A DNA stretch of 64,000 nucleotides from Acidobacteriota bacterium. GTDB taxonomy: Bacteria; Acidobacteriota; Terriglobia; Terriglobales; Acidobacteriaceae. Location of the stretch: the NCBI GenBank assembly GCA_021803035.1, contig JAJZME010000067.1:14236-78235 (forward strand). Direction: 5' to 3'. Made by a program: the position numbers and the translations under genes. A model generated the notes under the pieces. It saw only the letters and a list, made by a program, of their open reading frames with translations, made no database searches and was not told where the DNA came from. Positions 10,021-21,629 of the stretch are shown in pieces. Position 1 is the stretch's first letter; every line of letters begins with the position of its first letter.

Positions 10021-11934
10021 ATGTTGCCAGGGACTTGCCGGTTGGCGTTGCGCCTGGCAAGGAAGCGCTGGCGTCAAGCTTTACCCGGATTCCAAGGAGC
10101 TGCGTTGGATCGGATCGATCAGTCTGCAAAGAACTTCACCGGTTCCGCGGATGGGGCGGAGGCTTCCGCTCCGGAAGAAGGATTCACCTTCGCCGGATTC
10201 CGGCTGGAGCCGGACGGCACGCTCCTCCGCGGGGAAACGCCCATTCACCTTCCGCCGAAAGAGCTGTCCGCGCTCCGGCTTCTGCTGGCTCATGCCGGCC
10301 GCGTCGTTTCGCCGCTGCAGATGCGGCAGGCGCTGTGGGGCGACATCCATGTGAGCGCCGACAGCGTGCCCAAGTGCGTCTCTTCGCTACGCGCCCGGCT
10401 GCAGTTGGAAGACTGCATCCAGACCGTGTACAAGCGCGGCTATCGCTTTTCGGCCAAGGTGCGGCCGTTCGGCGCCACGCCCACCGGGCCGCAGGCGCGC
10501 CTGGTGGTTGCACCCTTCGCTACCGGCCATGGCGTTCCCGAGTATCTTGGCTCCGCGGTTGCCGAGGAAACTGCCGCCGGACTGACGCGCTCCAGCCATC
10601 CTTCGATCTGCGTTCTGGCCCAGGATTCGGTTCATACCCTGGCGCGCCGCGGCCTAATGGCGCATGAAATCGGGAGAGAGCTTCAAGCCGACCTCGTGCT
10701 CACGGGAACGTTGCGCGCGCTGCCTGCTCACTTTCGCCTGGGCGCGGAGATGATTCGCGTCAAGGACGGGGTGCAGATCTGGGCCGAAGAAATGCTCGTC
10801 GAGCGGGGGCGGATCGCAGGGCTGGAAATGGAACTGGCCAGCCGGCTCAACTTCCGCCTCCATGCCAGCTTGACGACCGAACGGCCGCATCCGGACAACC
10901 CGGCCATTGCCGCGGCGGCCGACGAGCCCGAAGAGAAAGATACACTGCAGCGGCAGCAGGCCTATGAAATCTTCCAGCACGCCCGCCACGCATGGCGCAC
11001 GCTGCAGCGTCACCGGATGCAGGAAGGCCTGCAGCAGCTTCTCCGCGCCGTCGAGCTGGATCCAACCCTAATCGAGGCCCGCGTCGACCTGGCGAATCTC
11101 TGCGTCGCGCAAGCGCTCTACGGCTTTATGGCTCCCCGGACGGCCGCGAAGATCGTGCGCGATGCGGCCGCGGATGTCTTCGATCTGGCCGTCCGCGCCG
11201 GAGCCATGCTGCCCGCGCTGGGATGGATCAGCTTTCACTTTGACTACGATCTACCCGCGGCGCTGCGGGCCTTCTCGCTCTCCTCGCATCTGCCCCACGA
11301 TCCCTGGACGACACGCGCGCGGTCCATGTTCGCGCTCAGCCGCCATCGTTTCGACGAAGCCATCGACATGCTGCGTGAAGCCATTGGGCTGGATCCGTTT
11401 TCGCCCTGGCTCCACGCCCGGCTGGCCTGGGCGCTGCACCTGGCCGGGCGGGCTCCTGAAAGTCTGGAGCAGGCGCACCGGGTGCTGGAGCAGTTTCCTG
11501 AAGAGGCCAGTTCCAGTTTCTATGGCGCCATGATCCTGGCCTTTAACGGCGAAGCGAAGCACGCCGTTGCCATTGCGGAGGAATTGGAGCGCCGCATGCC
11601 GTACTTCGATCCCGCCCCGGCCATTCATGCCTATGCGCTGGTCTGCGACGGCCAGAGCGATATGGCGCGCGGGATCATCGAGCATTTGGAGTGGCGGAGC
11701 AGGGAGCGCTTTGTGCTGAGCAGCTTCATGCCTGCCGTTTATGTGGCGCTGGGAGAACCGGATGCGGCGCTCATGGCCCTTGACGGCGCCATGCAGGACC
11801 GCTGCCCGTGGTTCTTCCAGATGCTGGCCGACCCCCGCCTGCGGCCTTTGCATGGCCGGCCGGAGTTCGAGCAGATGCGCTCCGTGCTGGCGGCGATGGA
11901 AGCCGAGGCCGAGGCGACATACGGCGAACGGTAG
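10021..11934 (+). CDS. Winged-helix (OmpR/PhoB-type, CadC-like) DNA-binding protein with C-terminal TPR-like region
   Basis: FAGFRLEPDGTLLRGETPIHLPPKELSALRLLLAHAGRVVSPLQMRQALWGD...VYKRGYRF is a trans_reg_C signature. The C-terminal 350 aa are helical-repeat-like. No TM segment was seen. The start is uncertain. Confidence 0.75.
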   Translation: MLPGTCRLALRLARKRWRQALPGFQGAALDRIDQSAKNFTGSADGAEASAPEEGFTFAGFRLEPDGTLLRGETPIHLPPKELSALRLLLAHAGRVVSPLQMRQALWGDIHVSADSVPKCVSSLRARLQLEDCIQTVYKRGYRFSAKVRPFGATPTGPQARLVVAPFATGHGVPEYLGSAVAEETAAGLTRSSHPSICVLAQDSVHTLARRGLMAHEIGRELQADLVLTGTLRALPAHFRLGAEMIRVKDGVQIWAEEMLVERGRIAGLEMELASRLNFRLHASLTTERPHPDNPAIAAAADEPEEKDTLQRQQAYEIFQHARHAWRTLQRHRMQEGLQQLLRAVELDPTLIEARVDLANLCVAQALYGFMAPRTAAKIVRDAAADVFDLAVRAGAMLPALGWISFHFDYDLPAALRAFSLSSHLPHDPWTTRARSMFALSRHRFDEAIDMLREAIGLDPFSPWLHARLAWALHLAGRAPESLEQAHRVLEQFPEEASSSFYGAMILAFNGEAKHAVAIAEELERRMPYFDPAPAIHAYALVCDGQSDMARGIIEHLEWRSRERFVLSSFMPAVYVALGEPDAALMALDGAMQDRCPWFFQMLADPRLRPLHGRPEFEQMRSVLAAMEAEAEATYGER

Positions 11935-12011
11935 AGTAACTCAGGCCGCAATGCGCTTCTGGTTACGCTACCGCTTCGTCCGTCGCTATGGGAATCACCG
12001 GGTACCGGGAG

Positions 12012-12404
12012 TTACTGATTCGGCGAAGCCGAAGATGCGGCTCCCTTCTTGGCCGTGAACTCCTGCGCGCCCCGGTCGCCAAACTGGCGGCTGAACTGGA
12101 TTGCGTCAGCGCCTTCGGCCTTGCCGGTGTACGTGATCTTGAACTCATTGCCGTTGAAGTGAAGTACCTGGTCGAAGGAGATGTTATTGCCGTCAACCTT
12201 GCCGTCCTGAATCGCCATGTCGCCGCGCGGCGTGGAGATGGTTCCGGTGAGCGCCGCGCCGTTGACATGAAAGTTGAAGGTGATGTCCTGGGTGCCTCGC
12301 GGTGTTTCAACCTGCGCGGTCCATTTGCCGTTGAAATCGGCGGCCAGAGCCGTCACGGAGCCGAGTGCGATAAAGAGCACAGCTAACCCGAGTTTCTTGA
12401 ACAT
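12012..12404 (-). CDS. Small secreted beta-rich protein, unknown function
   Basis: Start trimmed to MFKKLGLAVLFIALGSVTALAA (signal peptide). The mature part is about 105 aa of alternating beta pattern. I recognised no family. Confidence 0.55.
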   Translation of the reverse strand: MFKKLGLAVLFIALGSVTALAADFNGKWTAQVETPRGTQDITFNFHVNGAALTGTISTPRGDMAIQDGKVDGNNISFDQVLHFNGNEFKITYTGKAEGADAIQFSRQFGDRGAQEFTAKKGAASSASPNQ

Positions 12405-12553
12405 ACATGCCTCTCCCATGGATCGAAGCGATCCCCGGAGCTGAATTTCACACCGTTAACTTAGGGACGGGATGCTGCGAGGATAAGTCTCAGCGGGCGG
12501 GCAGGTTGCACCGCTAAGTTTGTGCGGCACTTATGATCCGGCGAGGAAACAAG

Positions 12554-13402
12554 CTACTTGAACTTAGCGAGACTGGGGCGGTGAATCCGCTCCACCGGCC
12601 GGTTATAGCGGCCGAGCAGCGCATTCCAGCGAACCTGAGCGATATCTTCCAGCATCCTGATGCCGTCTTTGAGATAGCTGATGCGGGTGCGCTCGTCGTG
12701 CGCCCAGCTTACCGGCACTTCTGCAATCCGGAAGCCGCGCTTGAGGGCGATAAAGAGGATTTCCGGATCGAAGCCCCAGCCGTCGATAGTCTGAAGCTGA
12801 AAGACCGTTTGCGCCGCGGCGCGGGTGAATGCCTTGAAGCCACATTGCGTATCGGCGAACGGCAATCCCATCACGGTGCGCGTGACGGCGTTAAAGCAGC
12901 GGCCGAAGAATTGCCGGTAGAGCGGCTGGCGAATGGTCTGGCGCGTGCGCTCCAACCAGCGCGATCCGATGGCGATATCGGCGCCTTCGGCGATGGCGCT
13001 GAATAAGCCTTCGGCTTCTTCGATCGGCGCGGAAAGATCGGCGTCGGTGAACATGATCACCTCGCCGAAGGCCTGCAGCAAGCCGGAGCGCACACTGTAG
13101 CCCTTGCCGCGGTTGCCGGGATTTTCAAGCAGGCGGACTTCGGGCGCCGCGGCGGCGAACTCGCGCACCAGGGCAGCGGTTTGGTCGCGCGACCCGTCGT
13201 TGACCACGACGATCTCTGCCAGCCAGCCGCGCTGCCGGACGCAGCTTACCACCGACTCAAGCGCGGCTAAAATGCGCGCCTGTTCGTTGTAAGCGGGAAT
13301 GACGATGCTGTATTTCGGATATTCCGTCACACGTACCGCCGCCTCAACTAAAGAGACGTTCTCTTCCGGGCGGGCGACTCCGGGAAGGGCTGTCGCCATC
13401 AT
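12554..13402 (-). CDS. Family-2 glycosyltransferase (dolichyl/polyprenyl-phosphate glycosyltransferase-like)
   Basis: YSIVIPAYNEQARI...VVVNDGSRDQT...FTDADLS motifs (GT-A fold, DxD). The track ORF starts at a TTG at 13501. I prefer the ATG at 13402, but either is possible. Confidence 0.8.
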   Translation of the reverse strand: MMATALPGVARPEENVSLVEAAVRVTEYPKYSIVIPAYNEQARILAALESVVSCVRQRGWLAEIVVVNDGSRDQTAALVREFAAAAPEVRLLENPGNRGKGYSVRSGLLQAFGEVIMFTDADLSAPIEEAEGLFSAIAEGADIAIGSRWLERTRQTIRQPLYRQFFGRCFNAVTRTVMGLPFADTQCGFKAFTRAAAQTVFQLQTIDGWGFDPEILFIALKRGFRIAEVPVSWAHDERTRISYLKDGIRMLEDIAQVRWNALLGRYNRPVERIHRPSLAKFK

Positions 13403-13557
13403 ACAGCAATTGGCGCTCACGTGACGCCCAATCAGCGCCGCGGCCCGATTCTCGCCAACTTGCTGATGAGAAAGGGGTATAATCGCCCAAGGAGCGGTCA
13501 ATATTTGTTCGTTCCTGAATCAAACCCGGTTATGCTGGGTGCGGAGGTCAAACGAAT

Positions 13558-13857
13558 ATGACAAAGGCAGACCTGGTAGAGAAAGTAACCGGCCTGGGGG
13601 ACTTGACCCGCCGCGACAGCGAGGTCATTGTTGAGACCATCTTCGACTCCGTGATCGATGCGTTGCAAAGCGGCGACAAGATCGAAATTCGCGGCTTCGG
13701 ATCGTTTCGCATCCGTCAACGTAATCCTCGCATCGGCCGCAACCCCAAGACCGGCCAGCGTGTTGAGGTTCCGGCCAAGCGCGTGCCCTACTTCAAGCCT
13801 TCCAAGGAGTTGCGCGACCTGGTCAACCCCGGCGAAGCTGCCGCCAAGGCCTCCTGA
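13558..13857 (+). CDS. ihfB: Integration host factor / HU-family DNA-binding protein (IHF beta-like)
   Basis: 99 aa with GGAGG upstream. MTKADLVEKV...IEIRGFGSF..R.R..R.GRNPKTG..V.VPAKRVPYFKPSKEL is the classic IHF/HU signature. Confidence 0.9.
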   Translation: MTKADLVEKVTGLGDLTRRDSEVIVETIFDSVIDALQSGDKIEIRGFGSFRIRQRNPRIGRNPKTGQRVEVPAKRVPYFKPSKELRDLVNPGEAAAKAS

Positions 13858-14119
13858 CGCGCACCCGGTCTCCGCGGAAACGGAACCACCGGCCGTGACA
13901 ATCGAAAAGAACCTTGCGCACCGCGCAGGCGCAGTTGCGCATGACGGGCAAAGACGCATGCGGCGCCGCATAAAGCACTGCGCTGCGGCGCCGTATATTT
14001 TCGCGCGGAATCGCGGGGACTGAAGCGGGGTTTTGTGATCTAAATCACATCGCAAGGTGCGTTCCGGCACATCTCTGCGCCCGGTTCGGTGCCACGCTTT
14101 TGGGTGCGGGGCGTAGGCC

Positions 14120-15064
14120 ATGCCGGAAACAGTCAATCACGACTGGGCCCGTCCGGCCGTTATCCTCGTCGCCACGGATCTGAGCGACCTGGACCGGCTC
14201 ATGCCTCATGCGTTCGAACAGGCGGCCGCCTCGGGTGGGCGCCTGCTGCTTTTGCACGCTCTTGCCGCCATAGGCGCCGTTTCCCTCGAAGGCGGGGACT
14301 TACCCTATTACGACGTGGCGGGAGCAATCGAGGCTGCCGGCAAGGTCCTGCAGCCATGGTGCGAAGCGGCCCACCGTCGCGGCATACAGTGCGATGCGCT
14401 TGTGCGTGAAGGCCTCGCCACTCATGAGATCCTTGTCGCGGTCCGGCAATTCCAAGTGGATCGCGTCATCGTCGGGACCCGGAGCCGCAGCAAGCTGGGT
14501 AAGTTGCTCGTCGGCTCCGTGGCAGAGCAAGTGCTGCGCTCGGTCAACCTCCCGGTCTTAACCGTGGGACCCGAGGCTCATCTCCAGGACGCAAGCGGCG
14601 ACGAACGGGTCGTGCTGCTTGCCACCACTCTGCGAGAGACCTCCCGCCCGGGTGCAGCGCTTGCCTGCCGAATTGCCTCCGATCAAAAGGCGCGTCTCAT
14701 CCTGCTCCATGTGCTTCCGCCCCTCGATGAAACGGCGCGCAAGCACCTGCCCCAAGAGCTCGACTCGGCGGCCATGCGCGAGTTGCGGCAGCTTGCCGAA
14801 GAAACCGGCGCGCACTGCGGCATTGCCATCGACTCGCTTGTGGCGCACGGCAATCCTTCCATTGAAATCCTGGCCGAAGCATCGGCTTGCCGCGCCAGTC
14901 TCATTATCCTGGGCGTCAGGCAGCGCTCAGCTTTTGAGGATCTTGCCCTCGACCGCACGGTCTATCGCGTGCTGGCGCACGCCCGCTGCCCGGTGCTCAC
15001 CCTGCGCGAGCCTCAGCCCATGCCTGCCGAGCTTCACACGGAAGTCATGGGCGCGCATCACTGA
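14120..15064 (+). CDS. Tandem universal stress protein (UspA) domain protein
   Basis: Two Usp-like halves, each ending in a G..SR..L....GSVAE.V.R....PVL(TV/TL) type motif (VGTRSRSKLGKLLVGSVAEQVLRSVNLPVLTV; GVRQRSAFEDLALDRTVYRVLAHARCPVLTL). Confidence 0.8.
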   Translation: MPETVNHDWARPAVILVATDLSDLDRLMPHAFEQAAASGGRLLLLHALAAIGAVSLEGGDLPYYDVAGAIEAAGKVLQPWCEAAHRRGIQCDALVREGLATHEILVAVRQFQVDRVIVGTRSRSKLGKLLVGSVAEQVLRSVNLPVLTVGPEAHLQDASGDERVVLLATTLRETSRPGAALACRIASDQKARLILLHVLPPLDETARKHLPQELDSAAMRELRQLAEETGAHCGIAIDSLVAHGNPSIEILAEASACRASLIILGVRQRSAFEDLALDRTVYRVLAHARCPVLTLREPQPMPAELHTEVMGAHH

Positions 15065-15137
15065 GCACGATGTGGCAGGCAGTCCTGACTCCGCCGATGG
15101 AGACGGTTTGCATTGACGCTGGATAAAAGTAACGCGC

Positions 15138-15851
15138 TTAAGCTGTCAGCCGCTCAAGCTGCTCCGGCTTCACGATGGTCAGGCTGGTGCCTTTGATGGT
15201 GATCCACTGGTCGCGACGGAACTGGTTCAGCAGCCGCGTCACGGTTTCGCGCGATGTGCCCGCCATGTTGGCGATCTCCTCGTGCGTCAGCGCCATGGTG
15301 AAACGGATCTCCTGCTTGCCGTTGGAAGCCGACCGGCCCCAGTCCAGCAGCAGCCGCGCCAGCCGCCCCGCGGCCGAGCCGGAAAGCGCCAGCCGCTTGG
15401 CGTCGTGAAAGACGGTAAGGTACTCGGTGGAGAGGGCTTGCGCCGCGTGCATGGACGCGATGCCGTGCCGGCCCAGGAATTCAATGAACTCCTGCTTGCG
15501 CACGGTTTTCACCTGGCAGGGCTCGATGGCCTCGGCCGTGACCTCATAGGGCACGTTGGCCAGCACCGCACTCAGGCCCATGACGTCGCCGGGACCGGCA
15601 ATCTTCAGGATCATGGTCTTGCCGTCACGCGAGGTAGAGGAGATCTTTACCTGTCCAAAGCAGATGACGAAGACGTTGCGCGCAGGGTCGCCTTCGGAGA
15701 AAAGTTTGGCCCCCCGAGCGTGGTTCATCATGATCCCAATCGCATCGTAATCGGCCAAAGCCTCAGGGGTGAGATTGCAAAACATCCGCAGATGGCGGTG
15801 CTCGCAATTCAAGCAGTCGTCCGGGGGGTGATGGGGATGGAGCAAAGCCAT
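15138..15851 (-). CDS. Crp/Fnr-family transcriptional regulator
   Basis: cNMP-binding-like beta-roll (LFSEGDPARNVFVICFGQVKIS) and a C-terminal HTH (THEEIANMAGTSRETVTRLLNQFRRDQWI). Start chosen at the ATG at 15851 (237 aa). Upstream ATGs at 15893 and 16031 are also in frame. Confidence 0.8.
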   Translation of the reverse strand: MALLHPHHPPDDCLNCEHRHLRMFCNLTPEALADYDAIGIMMNHARGAKLFSEGDPARNVFVICFGQVKISSTSRDGKTMILKIAGPGDVMGLSAVLANVPYEVTAEAIEPCQVKTVRKQEFIEFLGRHGIASMHAAQALSTEYLTVFHDAKRLALSGSAAGRLARLLLDWGRSASNGKQEIRFTMALTHEEIANMAGTSRETVTRLLNQFRRDQWITIKGTSLTIVKPEQLERLTA

Positions 15852-16141
15852 AAAATTCCCGGTAATCCATTTGAAGTATAACGCACTTTTCATGAAGAAA
15901 CCTACATGGTTCCCTCCCAAGACTCCGCGCCTCGGAATGCGTAGCTGGAATGATTGTAATCCCGCCGGATTCCAGAACGGCTTCCGGATATTCCGCGCCG
16001 CGGTTTTCGCCGCGTACCTTGTTGGTGCCATGCGACTTGGCTGTCTGCTAGAGTGGGGATGAACCGGAAACCCGCAGCATGGCCCGGCGGACCGGACATA
16101 ACGGTAAGGAACTTTCTTTATCTGAGGTTAATCAGCCCCCT

Positions 16142-17134
16142 ATGACAGTTTCACGGCCATCAAGTGCTCCGCAACTGGCGCCCTTTCGCATGGAGCCGCG
16201 CTATGACCTCAGGGTCTGGGGATTCCACGATCTGCGGCCCTGGTACGATCACGCCGCAGGCGGCGAAGCCATCGGAGAAGTCTGGCTCACCGGCGACAGC
16301 TCGCTGGCCGCCACCGGCCCTCATGCCGGAAAGCGCCTCGACGCTGTCTTCCGCGAAGCGCACCAATCTCTCCTGGGGCCGGGCGCGCCGTCGCCCGCGT
16401 CGCCGCTGCTGATCAAGGTGCTCTTCGCCCGGGAAAAGCTCAGCGTGCAGGTGCATCCCGACGACCGCATGGCGCAAAAGTATGGCTTTCCCCGCGGCAA
16501 GACCGAGTGCTGGTATGCCCTGGCGGCCGAGCCCCACGCGGCTGTTGCCCTGGGGTTGAAGCCGGGCGTCTCGCTGGAGGAAGTGAAAGAGGGAATTGGC
16601 GCCGGCACGCTGGAAGCCAGCCTGAATGTGGTCCCGGTGGCCGCTGGGGACATGATCTTTGTCGATGCCGGAACCGTGCACGCCATCTGGCCGGGACCGA
16701 TTCTGCTTGAAACCCAGCAGAACTGCGACCTTACCTATCGCATGTACGACTACGGCCGTCCCCGCGAGCTGCACGTGGAGAAATCGCTGGAAGCCACGCG
16801 GCTCGTGACGCGCGCCGGCAAGGTTGCGCCCACGGTGCTTGCCGACCGCACCATCCTGATCGATGCCGAGTACTTCCGCGTCGAGCGCATCCCGGTGTCT
16901 GGCAGCCGAGCGAGCGCAAGCTTGCCCGGCACAGGCCGCACGGCTCCGGGGCTGGCGTATCTGTTTGCCGCAGCGGGCTCGGCAAGAATTGCCGGGGACG
17001 GCTTCGTGCCGGTGGATCTGCCCGCGCGTGGAGTTGTCGTGGTGCCGGCCTTCGCGCCGGCCTTCGAGGTGGAAGACCTGGGCGGCCTGGACCTGATCCG
17101 CATCACGCCCAACTGGCCGCAGAAAGCGCCGTGA
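16142..17134 (+). CDS. manA: Class I mannose-6-phosphate isomerase
   Basis: GEVWLTGD, LLIKVLFAREKLSVQVHPDD and GKTECWYAL motifs of type I PMI (cupin). Start trimmed to the ATG at 16142. Confidence 0.85.
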   Translation: MTVSRPSSAPQLAPFRMEPRYDLRVWGFHDLRPWYDHAAGGEAIGEVWLTGDSSLAATGPHAGKRLDAVFREAHQSLLGPGAPSPASPLLIKVLFAREKLSVQVHPDDRMAQKYGFPRGKTECWYALAAEPHAAVALGLKPGVSLEEVKEGIGAGTLEASLNVVPVAAGDMIFVDAGTVHAIWPGPILLETQQNCDLTYRMYDYGRPRELHVEKSLEATRLVTRAGKVAPTVLADRTILIDAEYFRVERIPVSGSRASASLPGTGRTAPGLAYLFAAAGSARIAGDGFVPVDLPARGVVVVPAFAPAFEVEDLGGLDLIRITPNWPQKAP

Positions 17135-17386
17135 CCGCCCCGGGCCGGCGCCGCCGGCTGGCCAGCAGAATCATGCTTCAGCCGGGCCGGCGCCAGGATC
17201 TCTGCCTCGGCGTGACTGCGTCCTGCGCGTTTCTCTTCGGCTCTTCTCCCAGGGCTTTGTGAATGGCCGCAGCCAAACGCGTCTGCCGCGGCAGAATGTA
17301 AGCCGGGCAGAGCCGCAGGCTGTATGTTGGTCAGGCCTTACGGAAACCTGACCACCAGCCGGAGCCGCTTGCGCTGGGAGCGATTA

Positions 17387-18526
17387 TCAGGCGCCGATCA
17401 GCGCGCGTAATTGCTTGCGCGCGGGCTTTTCAACGTAGTGGAGGGCCACCAGCGCGAGCGCGATCAGCAGCACGTAGCTGATCCACGGGTCGTAGGCGGC
17501 GAGACCCAGCTTATTGAGAATGTGCGACTGGTGGATCATGTTCCACAGGTTGAAGTGGAGCAGATAGAGGCAATAGCTGGCTTCGCCCACAAACACCAGC
17601 GGGCGGAAGCTCAGCAGGCTTGCCAGCGGATTTTCTCCCGCAAGCCCCAGCACCACGCAGCCGAAGAGCGGCATCAGCAGGCCGTCGTGGACCAGCGCAT
17701 ACGGGATGGCCGGACCGAGCCACAGCAGGCCGAAGATGGCCGAAAATCCGAAGACCCCGAGGACGAAGCGCAGGCGGCTGGCACGCTCGATCATCTGATC
17801 GAGACTCGCCAGCATCACGCCAAAGACAAAGCTGGCCAGGTGCGGCAGCGGCGTGCATTTGAGCGCCTGCAGCCAGGGCCCGTAGCTCCAGCGGTCGGGG
17901 TGGGCGATGCCGTCGGGATTGAAGACCATGTAAAGCGTGCCCGGAATCATGCCCAGCGCCCAGACGCCGGCCATCTTCAGCAGGTACGGCGGTATGCGCT
18001 CGGGCTGCTTCCATTTCGCCATCCACGGGAAGAGAAAGTAGAAGAACGCTTCGGCGGACATGGTCCAGGCCGGCGTGTTCATGAAGGTCGCGATCGACGG
18101 AATCCACCCCTGCAGCAGAAGAGGCGTGAGCACCAGGCCCGTCCAGAACATGAAGTGGGTGCGATGCGCGTACTCCATCCCCAACACAGGGATGCTCAGC
18201 AGCAGGCTGAGGAAATAAATGGGATATATGCGCGTGAAGCGGGATTTCCAAAAACGCACCTTGCTGAGCTGGCCGGCGCGGGCCCGCGGCCCGTGGTTGT
18301 AGGCGAGCACGAATCCCGAAAGCAGAATGAAATAGCTGACAGAGGCGTAGCCAGCATTGACGATGGGCGCAAAAGGACCAAACCAGTCCGGGTTGGAAAA
18401 ATGGAAAAGAACGATGTTGACGGCCGCAAAGCAACGCAAACCAGTCAGTGCGTCTAATCTTGGTGGCCTGCTTACTTCTACTACTGTTTGAACGATCGTT
18501 GCCACTTGCTTCTTACCATTCCGCAA
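17387..18526 (-). CDS. Acyltransferase family 3 (membrane O-acyltransferase)
   Basis: LDALTGLRCFAAVNIVLFHF N-terminal signature, followed by about 10 TM segments. TTG start in the track. Confidence 0.8.
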   Translation of the reverse strand: MRNGKKQVATIVQTVVEVSRPPRLDALTGLRCFAAVNIVLFHFSNPDWFGPFAPIVNAGYASVSYFILLSGFVLAYNHGPRARAGQLSKVRFWKSRFTRIYPIYFLSLLLSIPVLGMEYAHRTHFMFWTGLVLTPLLLQGWIPSIATFMNTPAWTMSAEAFFYFLFPWMAKWKQPERIPPYLLKMAGVWALGMIPGTLYMVFNPDGIAHPDRWSYGPWLQALKCTPLPHLASFVFGVMLASLDQMIERASRLRFVLGVFGFSAIFGLLWLGPAIPYALVHDGLLMPLFGCVVLGLAGENPLASLLSFRPLVFVGEASYCLYLLHFNLWNMIHQSHILNKLGLAAYDPWISYVLLIALALVALHYVEKPARKQLRALIGA

Positions 18527-18588
18527 GCTGGAGCCGGATCCAGCATTGCGATTGTCCCCTGGCCCTTGCTGGCCTCTAATCCCTGTTC

Positions 18589-19293
18589 TTACGCAGTGAC
18601 GAGCGAGCCGACTTTTTCGCCCATTACCACCCGCCGGATGTTACCCGGCTGGTTCATGTTGAAGATGATCATGGGCAGGTTGTTGTCTTTGCACAGGCTC
18701 ACCGCGGTCAGGTCCATCACTTTCAAGCCCTGGCGCAGGATCTCCATGTAGGTAATCTCATCGTATTTGACGGCGTCTTTTACCAGCACCGGGTCGGCAT
18801 TGTAGATGCCCTCGACCTTGGTCCCCTTGAGCAGCACGTCGGCCTTGATCTCCATGGCGCGCAGGCTGGCCGCCGTATCGGTGGAGAAGAATGGATTGCC
18901 GGTGCCGGCGGCGAAGATGACCACCCGGTGCTTTTCCAGGTGGCGTGTGGCCCGGCGGCGAATGTACGGCTCCGCAATCTGGTTCATGAAGACGGCGGTC
19001 ATCACGCGGCACTGGACGCCGCGCTTTTCCAGGGCATCCTGCAGGGCGATGGCATTGATGACGGTGGACAACATGCCCATGTTGTCCGCGCTCACCCGAT
19101 CCATCTCCCGGGCCTGCTCTTCGACGCCGCGAAAGAAATTGCCGCCGCCCACAACCACGGCGACTTCGACGCCCAGGGCGTTGACCTCGGCGATCTCGCC
19201 GGTGATCTCGGCCACTTTGTCGGCGTCGATACCAAAGCCGCGGTGGCCTGCAAGAGCCTCACCCGACAGCTTGAGAACGATGCGCTTGTACAT
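18589..19293 (-). CDS. pyrH: UMP kinase
   Basis: Start trimmed to the ATG at 19293. [14 protein letters not shown]....GFGID...[11 protein letters not shown]...[15 protein letters not shown] is an unambiguous PyrH signature. Confidence 0.95.
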   Translation of the reverse strand: MYKRIVLKLSGEALAGHRGFGIDADKVAEITGEIAEVNALGVEVAVVVGGGNFFRGVEEQAREMDRVSADNMGMLSTVINAIALQDALEKRGVQCRVMTAVFMNQIAEPYIRRRATRHLEKHRVVIFAAGTGNPFFSTDTAASLRAMEIKADVLLKGTKVEGIYNADPVLVKDAVKYDEITYMEILRQGLKVMDLTAVSLCKDNNLPMIIFNMNQPGNIRRVVMGEKVGSLVTA

Positions 19294-19406
19294 GCTGTAC
19301 CGAGTATCGCACAGGCGCGGAAAAAGCGCTTTCGCGATTCGGGACTCCCGCCCAGGAAACGGATGCGGTCCCGGCTTCAACCCGGAACCGTCCGCACAGG
19401 CGGGAG

Positions 19407-20063
19407 CTACTCCGTCGCCGGCTCCACGGCCTTGGTCTGCGCCACCGTCCACTCCGGCGCGCCCACCTTGAAGCGCGCAAAGCGGCGCACGGTGATGTTT
19501 TCGCCCAGCTTGGCCACCTTCTGCGCAATCAGCTCCTTGATGCTGACGGCCTGATCCTTGATGAAGGGCTGCTCCACGAGGCAAACTTCCTCGTAGAACT
19601 TGCTCATCTTGCCTTCCACGATGCGCTCGATGACAGCGGCGGGCTTGCCGGTGGCGGCGGCCTGGGCGCGGTAGATCTCCTTCTCGCGCTCCAGATCGGC
19701 CGTGGTCACATCCTCGGGCTTCACGTACCGGGGATCGCTGGCCGCGATGTGCATGGCAATATCCTTGAGCAGTTCCTGGAAGTCCGGCGTGCGGGCCACG
19801 AAGTCGCTCTCGCAGTTCAGCTCCAGCAGCACGCCAATCTTACCGCCGGCGTGGATATAAGTCCCCACCAGACCCTCGTTGGTGGTGCGCGATGCCTTCT
19901 TCTGCGCCGAGGCCATGCCCCGCTTGCGCAGCACCACAAATGCTTCCTCAATGTCGCCCTTGGATTCCTGTAAAGCCTTCAGGCAATCGCCCATCGGCGC
20001 TCCGGATTTTTCACGAAGCTCCTTGACCAATTTGGCGTCAATCTTTTCGCTCACGGTTGTCAT
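19407..20063 (-). CDS. tsf: Translation elongation factor Ts (short form)
   Basis: Start trimmed to the ATG at 20063. [24 protein letters not shown]...[13 protein letters not shown]...[19 protein letters not shown]. The 219 aa make this a short EF-Ts variant. Confidence 0.95.
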   Translation of the reverse strand: MTTVSEKIDAKLVKELREKSGAPMGDCLKALQESKGDIEEAFVVLRKRGMASAQKKASRTTNEGLVGTYIHAGGKIGVLLELNCESDFVARTPDFQELLKDIAMHIAASDPRYVKPEDVTTADLEREKEIYRAQAAATGKPAAVIERIVEGKMSKFYEEVCLVEQPFIKDQAVSIKELIAQKVAKLGENITVRRFARFKVGAPEWTVAQTKAVEPATE

Positions 20064-20190
20064 CTCTCTATTCCAAATTCCAATTTCAGCAAACTTCGAA
20101 CCGGGAAAAACCACCCGGCACAAGAAAAGCGTGGCGATCCGGCATGACGGCCACGCTTGTCAGGACACGCTCTGGAAGCCCACTAGAAGA

Positions 20191-21063
<873 letters not shown>

Positions 21064-21233
21064 TGGGCCTCCTTCGTGGATTGCATCCGGGCTAGCTTTC
21101 CGCCTGGCCCGGATTGAACCCGCTTGTGCGGGAATTTAAGACCGGCTCAGAGTTCCCGCTTCACAGTTCTCAGCAACCGGGTCAGATGCATCAGATTGCC
21201 GAAAACTGCGAACTATGAACAGTGAACTACGCA

Positions 21234-21629
21234 CTACCGCTTGCTGAACTGGAACCGCTTGCGCGCGCCCTTCTGGCCGTACTTCTTGCGCTCCTTCACG
21301 CGCGCGTCGCGCGTAAGCAGGCCCTCGGCCTTCAGCGGCTTGCGCAGTTCCGGGTTGAACTCAATGAGAGCGCGGGCCACGCCCATCTTCACGGCGTCAG
21401 CCTGCGCGGCCACGCCGCCGCCGCTCACGTTGGCGACAACGTCAAAGTTCGCCGCCATCTCGGCCACGGCCAGAGACCGCTTCGCCGAAGCGCGCTGTTG
21501 CTCGGTAACGAAGTACTCGTCGAACTTCTTGTCGTTGACCTTCCACTCGCCCGTGCCGGGGCGCAGAAAGATGCGTGCAATCGCCGACTTGCGCCGCCCC
21601 GTGCCGTAATACTGAACCAAATCCGCCAT
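21234..21629 (-). CDS. rpsI: 30S ribosomal protein S9
   Basis: 131 aa. [19 protein letters not shown]...VN and the C-terminal [18 protein letters not shown] are S9 hallmarks. Confidence 0.95.
   Translation of the reverse strand: MADLVQYYGTGRRKSAIARIFLRPGTGEWKVNDKKFDEYFVTEQQRASAKRSLAVAEMAANFDVVANVSGGGVAAQADAVKMGVARALIEFNPELRKPLKAEGLLTRDARVKERKKYGQKGARKRFQFSKR

Noticed and set aside
9810-10667. 285-aa ORF overlapping the start of the winged-helix regulator.
   Set aside because: It is in a different frame from the clear trans_reg_C domain, has an Arg/Pro/Ala-rich composition and shows no recognisable domain.
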